From Camelus ferus (taxonomy: Eukaryota): DNA of 64,000 nucleotides. How positions within the stretch are numbered: the stretch's first letter is position 1; every line of letters starts with the position of its first letter. Both the position numbers and the translations under genes were made by a program. A model generated the notes under the pieces. The model saw only the letters and a program-made list of their open reading frames with translations, was not told where the DNA came from and did not search any database. The stretch covers positions 12,092,001 to 12,156,000 of the forward strand of contig NC_045697.1 of assembly GCF_009834535.1 (NCBI RefSeq). Reading direction: 5' to 3'. Below are positions 38,819 through 50,946 of the stretch, one piece after another.

Positions 38819-40271
38819 AAAAACAGAAATATGGATCAATGGAGAAGAACAGAGAGCCCAGAAAAAAACCCACACACTTACCATCAATTAACCTTCGACA
38901 AAGGAGGCAAGAATATACAACTGAGGAAAGACTGTCTCTATAGCAAGTTGTGTTGGGAAAGTTGGACAGCCAAATGTAAATCAGTGAAGTTAGAATACTC
39001 CCTCACACCACACACAAAAATAAACTCAAAACGGCTTAAAGACTTATAAATATAAGACATGACACCATAAACCTCCTAGAAGAAAATACAGGCTAAACAT
39101 TTTCCAATGTAAATCTTAGCAGTGTTCTCCTAGGGCAGTCTACCCAGGCAAAAGAAATAAAAGCAAAAATAAACAAATGGGACCTAAGTAAACTTATAAG
39201 CTTTTGCATAGCAAAGGAAACCACAAACAAAACAAAAAGACAACCTACAGAATGGGAGAAAATATTTGCAAATGATGCGACTGACAAGGGACTAATTTCC
39301 AGAATATATAAACAGCTCATACAACTTAATAACAAAAAAATAAACAACCCAATCCCAAAATGGGCAGACGACCTAAACAAGCGATTCTCCAATAGAGACA
39401 TACAAATGGCCAATAAGCATATGAAAAAATGCTCAACATTGCTAATTATCAGAGAAATGCAAATCAAAACTGCAATGAGGTATCATCTCACACTAGTCTG
39501 AGTGGTCATCATTAAAAAGTCCACAAATGACAAATGCTGGAGAGGCTGTGGAGGAAAGGGAACCCTCCTACACTGTTGGTGAGAATGTAGTTTGGTGCAG
39601 CCATTATGGAAAACAAGCATGGAGATTCCACAAAAAACTAAGAACAGTCTTACCCTATGATCCAGCAATCCTACTCCTGGGCATATATCTTAATTGGAAA
39701 AAATAATGCACCCCAATGTTCAAAGCACCACTATTTACAATAGCCAAGACATGTAAACAACCTAAATGTCCATCGACAGATGACTGGATAAAGAAGCTGT
39801 GGTATATTTATACAATGGAATACTACTCAGCCATAAAAAAAGAATAGATAATGCAATTTGCAGCAACATAGATGGACCTGGAGATCGTCATTCTAAGTGA
39901 AGTAAGCCAGAAAGAGAAACAAAAATACCCTATGATATCACTCATATATGGAATCTAAAAAAAAAAAAAAAAGACACAAATGAACTTACTTACAGACAGA
40001 AACAGGCACAGAAAACAAACTTATGGTTACCAGGGGGGAAAGAGGGTAGGAAGGGATAAATTGGGGAATAAAGATTTGTAGATACTAACTACTATATATA
40101 AAATAGATAAACAGTAAGTTTCTATTGTATAGCACAGGGAACCATATTCAGTATCTTGTAGTAACCTATTAAGAAAAAGAATATGGAAATGAATATATGT
40201 ACATATCTGTATGACTGAAACTTTATGCTGTACATGAGAAATTGACACAACATTGACTATACTTAAAAAAA
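38819..40271 (+). mobile_element. 5'-truncated L1 (older camelid-lineage subfamily)
   Basis: ORF fragment MDQWRRTESPEKNPHTYHQLTFDKGGKNIQ and a poly(A) tail at 40265-40277. Degenerate TSD aaaaagagccatcaccac / aaaaaaggccaccactac. Shares cctagggcagtctaccca with the L1 at 56111. Confidence 0.9.
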
Positions 40272-41217
40272 AAAAAAGGCCACCACTACTGATCTCATGG
40301 ACATTAAAAAGATAATAAAGAAACATTATGAAAAACTTCATCCCCACAAGTTTTGATAACTTAGATGAAACAGACTAATTACTTGAAAGTCACAATCTAC
40401 AAAAACCCACAAGAAAAATACAGAACATGAGTAGGCTTGGATCTATTAAAAAATGAATTAATAATTAATAACCTTTCACAGCAGAAAGCACGAGCCCAGA
40501 TAATTTTCAATGGTGAATTCTACTAAGCATTAAGGAAGAAATTACACCAATTCCCCACAATCTCTTCCAAAGAATAGAAGAAATGGGAATAACTACTAAT
40601 TCATTCTAAGGTCAGCATTACAGTAATGCAAACGGTAGATAAAGACACTACAAGGAAAAAAACTATAGAGGAATATCTCTCATAAAGATAAATTTCAAAA
40701 CCTTTGCTAAATATTAGCAAATAGAATCCAACAATGTATAAAAAGAATTATACCGAATGACCAAGTGGGATTTATTTCAGGTATGCAAAGCTGATTCAAC
40801 ATTTGAAAATCAATTAATGCAATCCATCACATCAACAGGCTAAGAAGAAAAACCATATAATCACCTAAACTGATGAAGAAAAAGCATATGACAATTCAAT
40901 ACACATTCATAATACGAAGTCTCAGCAAGTTAGGAACAGGCGAGAATTTCTTCAACTTGATAAAAAGCATCTACAAAAACCTACAGCTAACATCATACTT
41001 AATGATGAGAAACTAGATGCTTTCCCCTTGAGATTAGGAACAAGGCAAGTATGTCTCCTCTTATCACACCTATTCAACATCATAATGGAAGCTCTAGATA
41101 ATATTTATAAGAAAAGGAAACAACAGGTATACTGAAGGGGAAGAAAGAAATAAAACTGCCTTTATTCACATATGATACAATTGTCTATACAAAAGAATCA
41201 ACAAAAATATTCCTGAA

Positions 41218-44151
41218 GATAAACACAGTGAGAAGTTTGCCAAAAGGTATAAGACATAAAGAACTAAATAGAGATGAATAATACAATTCAACTGAAATAA
41301 AAATTACACTAGAAGGAAACAACAGTAGATTAAATGATACAGGGGAACAGAACAGTGAGCTAGAAGACAGAATAGTGAAAATCACTGAAGCTGAACAGAA
41401 AAAAGAAATGAAGACAGCTTAAGAGAACTCTGGGACATCAAGCAAACTTAGAGTCCCATAGTAGGGGTCCCATAGGGAGAAGAGAGAAGGAAAAAGGCAG
41501 AAGACATATTTGAAGACAACAGCTGAAAAATTCCCTAACTTGGAAAGGAAACAGACATACAGGTCTAGGAAGCACAGAGAGCCCCAAGTAGGACCAACCC
41601 AAAAAGGACCATACCAAAACACACTGCAATTAAAATGTCAAAAATTAAAGATCAAGAGAGAATATTAAATGCAGCAAGGGAAAAGCAACAAATTACAAGG
41701 AATTCCCATACAGCTACCAGATCATCTTTCAGCAGAAACTCTGCAGGCCAAAAGGGAGTGGGACAATATATTTAAAGTAATGAAAGGGAAAAAAACCTAC
41801 AACCAAGAATACTCTACCCAGCAAGGTTTTTATTCAGATTTGATGGGGAGATCAAGAATTTTACAGACAAGCAAAAGCTAAAAGAGTTCAGCTTTATCAA
41901 ACCAACTTTACAAGTATTAAAGGGACTTCTCTAAGTGAAAAAGAAAAGGCCACAATTGGAAACGTGAAAATTACAAAAGGAAAAAAACTTACTGGTAAAT
42001 ACAAATATACAGCAAAGATAATAAACCAACTATGTACAATGCTAGTAGGAAGGTTAAAAGAAAAAAGTAGTAAAAATCATCTATATCCCTAATAAATAAT
42101 TAAGGGATATACAAAACAAAGATGCAAAATATGTCAAAAACAGTAACTGTAGGGGGAGGGGAGTAAAAGTGCCAGGTTGTTAAAAATGAGTTTGAAATTA
42201 AGAGACCAGCAAATTACAATAATTACATATATATGCAGATTGCTATATATAAACCTCATGGTAATCACAAATCAAAAATCTATTAACAGATACACAGACA
42301 AAAAAGAGAAAGGAATCTAAACTTAACACTAAACATAAAGTCATCAAATCACAAGAGAAGGGGAAAAAAGAAACAAAAAAGAACTACAAAAACAACCGCA
42401 AAACAACTAACAAAATGGCAGTAAGTGCGTATCTACCAATGATTACTTGACACACACTAACTAAAAATGAGAGGATGGAAAAAGGTATTCCATGCAAACA
42501 GAAATCAAAAGAAAGCTGGGGCAGCTATACTTATATCAGACAAAGTGGACTTTAAAAGAAAGACTGTAGCAAGAGACAAAGAAGGACATTACATAATAAT
42601 CAAGGGATCAATCCAAGAAGATATAACAATTATAAATATGTGTGCACCCCACATAGGAGCACCTAAATACATAAAGCAAATATTAATGGACATAAAGGAG
42701 AAACTGATAGTAGCACAGTAACATTAGGGGACTTTAATACCCCACTTACATCAAAGGATAGATCATCCAGACAGAAAATCAATAAGGAAACACTGGCCTT
42801 AAATGACACATCAGGTCAAATAAGCTTAATAGAGATATATAGAACATTCCATTCAAAAGCATCAGAATACACATTCTTTTCAAGTGTACATGTAACATTT
42901 CCAGAATAGATCACATGTCAGACCATAAAACAAGTCTTGTAAAATTTACGAAAACTGAAACCGCATCAAACATCTTTTCTGACCACAATGCTTTGAGACT
43001 AGAAACCAATTACAAGAAAAAAACCTGCGAAAAAACACAAAGATGTGGAGGCTAAACAATGTGCTACTAGACAACCAGTGGATCACTGAAGAAATCAAAG
43101 AAGAAATTAAAAAATATGTGGAGACAAATGAAAACAAAAACACAATGATCCAAAATCTATGGGATGTAACAAAACCCACAGTAGAAGAAAAGAAATCATA
43201 AAGACTAGAGCAGAAGTAAATGAAATAGAAACTAAAAAAACAACAGAAAAGATCAATGAAACTAAGAGCAGGTTCTCTGAAAAGATAAAGAAAATTGATA
43301 AATCTTTAGCCAGACTCATCAAGAAAAAAAGATAGAGGGCCCAAATCAATAAAATCAGAAATAAAAATGGAGAAGTTACAACTGACACCACGGAAGTACA
43401 GAGGATCATAACAGATTACTACAAAAAACCATATGCCAATAAAATGGGCAACTTACAAGAAATGGAGAAATTCATAGAAACTTGCAATCTCCCCAGACTG
43501 AACCAGGAAGAAATAGAAGATATGAACAGACTAGTAATGAAATTGGATTATAAGAAACTCAACAATGCTGTTCATAGCAGCAACAATGTTGTTCAACAGC
43601 TAAGAAATGGAAGAAATCTAAGTGTCCATTACCAGACAAGAGATAAAGAATAGAATATGTGGTGTATATATGTGGTATATAATATATATATATATTATAT
43701 ACACACGCACAAGGGAATACTACTCAGCCATAAAACAAAATGAAATTTGCCACTTGTAACAATGTGGACAAGCCTGGCAGGTATTATGCTTAGTGAAATA
43801 AATCAGAGAGAGAAAGACAAACACTGTATGTTACCACTTATATGTCGAAATTAAAAAATTAAACAAATGAATGAATATAACAAAATAGGAACAGACTCAC
43901 AGATAGTGAACAAACTAGTGGTTATTAATGGGAAAAGAGTAGAGGGTGGGGCAAGATTGCAATACGGGATTAAGAGGTACAAACTACTATGTATAAAATA
44001 AGCTACAATGATGTATCATTCAGGGAAGGGAATACAGCCAATATGCTATAAGAATAAATGGAACATGATTTGTAAAATTTTTATATCATTATGTTTTACA
44101 ACTGAAACTAACATAATATTGTAAACCAACTATATCTCAATAAAAATAAAA
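41218..44151 (+). mobile_element. Internally deleted L1 (ORF1 remnant, endonuclease region, 3' UTR; RT domain missing)
   Basis: Contains LSAETLQAKREWDNIFKVMK (ORF1), GWKKVFHANRNQKKAGAAILISDKVDFK (EN) and NLPRLNQEEIE. It jumps to the ORF2 C-terminus near 43560 and ends ctcAATAAAaataaaa. Confidence 0.85.
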
Positions 44152-47100
44152 GCAAAAGTCTATTAGAATGAACAAAAGATTATTCTCATTTTAACTTACT
44201 GATTTTAGGACTCAAACTAAGAATAAGGTTACTATGTCTGGGATTATTAGATTATTATTCTTTCAGTATACTTTTGGAGTCAATAGACTTAACATCTCAT
44301 TTAGAATTGTTGTCTATACATTCATTAGAGGATAACAATTTTTCAGATTTTGAATCAGTTGTTAAAATACACTGACAATTTTCCATATTCTGTACTCTAA
44401 AAAATACATATAACATTACAATTTGCAAAAACTAAAAAAAAAGTTTCTGGAACTAACAATAGCAAAGTTGCAGATACAAGGTAAATATACAAAATTCAAT
44501 CATCTTCCTACACGCTACCAATGAACAAGTGGAATATGAAATTTGAAACATAATACAATTTACATTAACACTCTTTTAATGAAATACTGAGGTATAAACC
44601 TAAGAAAATATGTGCAGGATCTACATGAAGAAAATCACAAAAATCTGATAAAAGAAATCAAAGAACCTGAAAAAACAGATATCCCACGTTAACAAATAGA
44701 AACTCAACGTTGCTAAGATGTCAGTTTTTCCCAACTTTATCTACAGATTCAACGTAATCTTAATCAAAATCCCACAAGTTACCTTTTGGATACTGACAAA
44801 CTGATTCTTTGCCTCCAGAAAGGCAAAGGATACAGAATGGCCATCACAATAGCAAAAAAGAACCAAATTGGAGAACTGATCCTGCCAACCTCAAGACTTA
44901 CTATTTAACAAGCTACAGTAATTGAGGCAGGATGATGATGACCAAAGAACAGACAAACAGATCAGTGGAAGAGAACAGAGCACCCAGAAACAGAACCAGA
45001 CAAACAAGAGTCAACCAATCTTTGATAAAAGAGCAAAAGTAATCAAATGGAGAAAGGACTGTCTTCAACAAATGGTGGTGGTACAACTGGACAATTACAT
45101 GCAAAGAAAGAAACTAGACACAGACCTTTTACCTTTCAACAAAATGAACTCAAAATAGGTCCTACACCTAACTGTAAAACATAAAACTATAAAACCATTG
45201 GAAGACAACACAGGAAAAACTCTTGGTGACCTTGGTTTGGCAATGATTGTGAAAGACTCTGTTAAGAGAATGGAAAGACAAGCCACCGACTGAGAGGAAA
45301 TATTTGCAAAACACTTACCTGATAAATGGGTGTTATGTCCAAAATACATAAAGAACTCTTAAAATTCAACAATGAGAAAATGAACAACCTGATTTTAAAA
45401 TGGGCAAAAGATCTGGATATATTATCTCACCCAAGAAGATATGCAGATAGCAAATAAGCATATAAAAATGCTCAATATCATATGTCATTAAGGAACTGCA
45501 AATTAGAACAATAACAAGATACCAATACACACCTATTAGAAAGCCTAAAACCCAAAACTGACAACAACAAATGCTGTTGAGGATGTGGAGCAACAGGAAT
45601 TCTCATTCATTCCAGACTGGAATGCAAATTGGTACAGCCACATTGGAAGATAGTTTGGCAGCTTCTTAACCAAGCTAAAGTCTTAGCAATGGATCCAGAA
45701 ATTGCACTCCTACGTATTTACTCAAATGAGTTGAAAACTTATATCCACACATAAAATAGTGAATGTTTATAGAAGCTTTATTTATAGTTGGGAAAAACTA
45801 AAGCAAAGATGTTCTTCAACAGGTTAACAGATACACAAATTGTGGTATATCCACAGCATGGAACATTATTCAGTAACAACAAAAAAAATGAGCTATGTAT
45901 CAAGCCACGAAAGGACATAGAGGAACTTTAAATGCATATTGCTAAGTGAAAAAGCAAATCTAAAAAGGTTACATACTGCATGATTCCAACCGTATCATAT
46001 TCTGAAATAGGCAAAACTAAGGAGACAGTAAAAAGATCAGTGTTTAACACAGGTTGGGGCATGGGGCTGAAGGATGAGTAAGTGGAGCACAGAAGATTTT
46101 CAGGGCAGTGAAACTATTGTGCATGACACTGTAATGGTGGATATATAAAACTGTACATTTGGCAGAGCCCGCACAACTGTACAAGACAGAAAGAGCGAAC
46201 CTAATGTAAACTATGAACTTTTTATTTAATAATAGTTTATCAATACTGATTCATCAACTGTAATAAATGTACAACTATCAATGAAAAATGTTAACAGGAG
46301 AAATTGAATGGGAGTAGTATATGGGAATGCTCTGTACTTTCTGCTCGATTTTTCTGTAAATCTAAAACTGTAAAAAAAAAAAAGTCTATTAATTTAAAAA
46401 ACAAAACAAAAAATTGGATTAAGTAAAAAATCTATTTGACTTCACATACTTTTCTTCCTTTAAAAAACTATTCAGTAGGTGGCACCAGAGATCCTTTAGA
46501 ATAAGGAATTACAGATGTACTATTCAGAATGCTTAGTTTTGATGGTGATACATACTTTAAGATTGGATTTATTCATTAATGAATATGATTGTTGTTTTTG
46601 AAAAAAGTGTGTTAGAGACAACTAAATTTAGATGGAAATTATAGCATTCCATAAGTAGGTAACTAACCATGAAAATCTAGGAATGCAGATTAAGAATTAT
46701 GGACCAACAGTAATCCTACACTATGGGTAAAAAAGAAAAAGGTGCTATATTAAGCTACTTAAAAACTAAATTCCAACTCACATTTTGACAACTACATAGC
46801 ATATCCATTTGACATTTCTTGACTACTAGGTGAGCAAGTATCACATTAGAAAATTGTTTTTATCCGTAGACTAAAAGCATTTACTAAATGTGGCATCAAG
46901 GCATTTTAAAATTCATTTTCTCAAGTTGGGACAGAAAAAAGTATTATGTCTCTCTAAAAAGCAGAGGATGAAAATGTTAATTATCCACTGAACAACTATC
47001 GCCTGTCCACCCACTGGGATTCAAACTGACATACGCAGTACACAGTTTTACAGAGAACAAATTACTCTTAATTTATATCACTTTAAAGTGATGTTATACT

Positions 47101-47949
47101 GGTGCTCAGGTATTACGTATTTTACCCAATAATGGAGACCAAATACCATATACTGCCACTTAGGTGGAGACAGGAGAGGCAACAGAAGAAAAGAGGGAAT
47201 CAAAGAAGTACCCAGAGAGAAGAGTAAAATGCATTCTTTTCTTCTCCAAACTTAATATTCAATTCTCAAAAAAACAAATTATCAACAATGGCAGCATGTA
47301 GTTGAAACAGTAATATAAACACATATATTAACTTTTAATTATCATTATAGAGTTCTGTACATTAGATAAGAATTAGATTTAACATTTATTCCCAAGAAAA
47401 AAAATACTACTCAGCATCCCAAATGAATTAATCAAAATTATAAAACAGAGTTTAACTGTAGTTAGAGAACAGAAACGGAATGAAATTAAGTTTAGGTACG
47501 CAGTAACTGAAAACCAATCTTGGAAGCAAATCCCCTGAAAGTCTACTACATATTACTAGATAATACAAAAATATGGTCACTGATGGATCTCTCACTTGTC
47601 CATAAATACATGTATTAATCTTAATTTGTAAGGGTAAACTATGGTCACCTACACCTTGGGTAATATTACAATATACAGCATGGTGATTTCCAGTCTTTCA
47701 TAATTTAATTCCCTGTTTAATTTAATTAAAGGGTATGCCAATAAGTGGTAAGTTGTTCTGTCTTACAAGTTCTATGAAGAAAAAGTATTATCAATTTGAA
47801 CCAAATATGAAGGAATCTGTGTTTGTTATGTTGTCTTATTGCAAGTAAATATGTGTCTTTCTCTGGCTTTCTGAAATGTCAAAAACAGTTCCTGAACTTT
47901 TACCAACTTTCAGGACCTCTAGACTTCAGGATCTACCACGTGAGACAAA

Positions 47950-48070
47950 ATCTAATCCAACCTCATAATTTTACAGAGATGGTAGCAAAAATGCAGAAAG
48001 GTCAAGTCAGAGATGGTGGCAGAGCTTAGAACGTCAATTTACTAATTTTCCAGACTATACTCTTACCAGC
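47950..48070 (-). mobile_element. MIR fragment
   Basis: ctaatccaacctcataattttacagagatgg…ggtggcagagcttagaac. Confidence 0.55.
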
Positions 48071-50473
48071 CTATGTGGTCTTACAAAAGCAGTAGTACAA
48101 GTATCACTCTTGGAAATGTATTTGGTTCTTAAATTCACACAGTTTGAGAAGCAAGAGCAGGTAGCAAGGTATACTGCAGTATCTGAATCCGTTTTTCCCC
48201 TGAGTTTTCAACAGTAAGAAATTTGAAAATTTATCTGAAATTCAATTCCTTAGTTCAAATTATCTCATCTGAATTCTCATTTTATAGGAGGGGAAAAATC
48301 TGATCACCTCTTTCCTTTCTGTGCATGCCTCCAATCCTACCGTTGCCAAGTCTCAAGAGTCATGATGACTGAAATCATCTTATTTTTCTTAGCAGCAGTG
48401 GCATAATCTAATTAGAAAAGATTCTGGCTTCCTCTCAACTCCAAACCTCTTTTCATGTACAATATTATAAAAGGTCTCTAACTACCACCAGCAGAAGTAT
48501 ATAAAACAGATTAAACAGATTAAATTGAACAAATATGTGTTAGAAATCAACATGCTCAGTATGCATGGATCAGTTTACATTGTTTTGTAATCACTTCATA
48601 ATTCAATATGTAAATTTTATAACAGTATATATGTAGGGTTAGGAATTTATAAAATGACATACTGGATACCTTTTTAATCCTCTTGAACAATTGAGAGGAA
48701 TTCAGCCTCTTTTTATATTGGGCCTCCATTCCTTGCACCTACTACTTAGTGCCAAACTAACATTGTTCTGGGATAACATTCTTATCATTTTAAAGTTTTC
48801 AGACAAATTTTGCCAACACTCTACTGCAACTGTTCCTAGAATGCTGTAACACATCACCACTGCTAGCTGTATTTCAACAAAACAAGCTGTAGCATCCATA
48901 CTATACAACTGGAAAAATATTTTAAAAGAGAGGTTTATTAATAAAGAAATGTTAATCTTCTGCAATCACTGTACTATATTATCAGGAAAAGATAATTCTT
49001 CAATAGAGAGTAGTAATTAATACATCTAACTTTTTAAAGCATTTGTAAGAACAGAATGTAAGAACATGGGCTAACTGAATCTCTCAAATTTTAAAAAAAC
49101 CTTGATTTTCATTAATAATTTCATCCTTACTTTACCGAAAATCTCTTGTGATAGAGGCAATGGAAAACCTTACAGATTTAGATGTCTTCTCCTTTTCCTC
49201 ATCATTCTCTAGGGAAAGATATTAACAAGTATGACCTTTACAACACCAAAAGATAAACAGCACCGCACACTCTCATCTCCATGATTAAGAGGTATAGCTA
49301 AGCCATATAAAAAAATTCCTAAGTCATTATATTAATTATCAATTTATCCATTGATACACGTTTTTCTCAAATAAAAAGAACTAAAGAGTGAAAATGTAGA
49401 ACAAAGTCTGGTCTAGTTTTACGTCTAGCATAGAAGTAGCCAGGACAGTACTTTGACTTGGGCGTCACATTTACAAATTTGCTACATATTTAAGATTTTA
49501 ATATCATCTTTGAATGAGATTATATATTTGAATGTGGCAGGTCTAAAAAAACGGCTTTAACCTTACAAATTCAAATTTCCATCCTTCCACTGGACTTCTC
49601 GGATATTACAAATTAATACCTTCCGTAGATCTAATAATGGTCTTGTGAATACAATTTTATTCCATTTTGTAAATGTGTTTAAAGCTTAATTTGTTATACA
49701 AAACATTTAAAATACACAGTTTGCAAAGCCAACCTTGAAAAGTTAAGTTGCCAAGCCTCTCTCAAGTTTTCAGAGATCCCTTTTAATTTCCTTACTTTTC
49801 TTAGTCTACTAGAAGAGCTTGTAACAAAGATGGGTAACAGCAGTTGCTGACAGGGGTCTGGAGCAACTAGAACTCTCAAGTGTTTCTAATAAGTCTGTGA
49901 AATGATAAATTTGGGAGAATGATTTGTCAGTTTCTAATATATTTCAAATATACATGATGATACAATCCAACAATTCTATTTGTACAGATTTTCCCAAGAG
50001 AAATGAGACAAATGTCCAAAAGTAAGAATGTTTATAGCAGCCTTATTAATAATCCCTAGTGACTTATTAATAACTACTTTCAGAGGAGGTTGTAAGAAAA
50101 GAATAAAGAATCAAAAATTATTGTTGCATTTTAATCCTGAGTGAGTGGGAAGGTGTGAATGCTGCTAATTAATGGGGAACATAGAAAAATAAACAGACTT
50201 AAAAAGGAAAATAAGTTTCGTGTAGATTCACTGAACTTAAAATTCCTCCCATAATACATATGTGGAGATGTCTAGGAAACCGCATGTAACTTGGCGACAG
50301 AACAGAAGAGTTGAAGCCAGGAGAGTGGATGAGACTGTGGTTGGGGTGGGAGGAGATAGGGAAATACATATACGTGCATAAATATACATATGTGTCTATT
50401 TATAAATTCTAAGGACACAGTCCTTAAGGTATAACATTCTGGAGACAGTCTGAAGATCAAATAGTAAAGTAGG

Positions 50474-50946
50474 CAGGATTCTTAACCCTTTTTGTGCAAG
50501 AACTCTTTTGGCAGTGTGGTGAAGACTATGGTCTCCTTCTCAGAATCACGCTTTAAATGCACAAATTTGTAGGATTACAGAAGAAACCAACTATAATGAA
50601 ATACCATTAAAAATTTTTTAAATTCAGATATAGTAATATGTGCTTTTTTCTTAATGAATTAAAATATAAGATCTAGCATTAAGACTAATATCTACCACAA
50701 TTTCAAAGTAGTGGGAATGTAAACAATAATTTAAGATATGTGATATGAAAATATCTATGATTTTTATTGCTAAAACAGTATAATACTACTGCTGCTTGCC
50801 GTCAACATTTATATTTGACGGAAACGTTAAATTTCAGCTAGGGGTTAGTGAAAATAAAGATGCCATTTCCCTCCCATTCAAGTTCATGAACCCACGAAAT
50901 CCCATCCATAAACTTTTGGGGGAATATCCCAGGTTAAGAATCCCCG
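50474..50946. mobile_element. hAT Charlie4a (MER80-type) non-autonomous DNA transposon, both ends present
   Basis: TIRs caggattcttaacc … ggttaagaatccccg. Internal ttttggcagtgtggtgaagactatggtctccttctcagaat and ggttagtgaaaataaagatg. Confidence 0.85.

Larger units (their letters stand above)
38715..46410 (+). mobile_element. Old L1 (L1MC1/2-like), split into 38715-38818, 40272-41217 and 44437-46410 by two younger L1 insertions
   Basis: ORF2 is collinear across the breaks. The 3' UTR gagctatgtatcaagccacgaaaggacatagaggaac…ggagacagtaaaaagatcagtg…tttttctgtaaatctaaaactg is L1MC1/2 type. Confidence 0.85.

Noticed and set aside
48670..48908. Possible 239-nt cryptic exon on the minus strand (tttttccAG|TTG … AAG|GTATCC), overlapping ORF 48702..48965
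   Set aside because: The acceptor is plausible but the donor is weak and the peptide does not resemble LCORL. It is indistinguishable from a pseudo-exon without transcript data.
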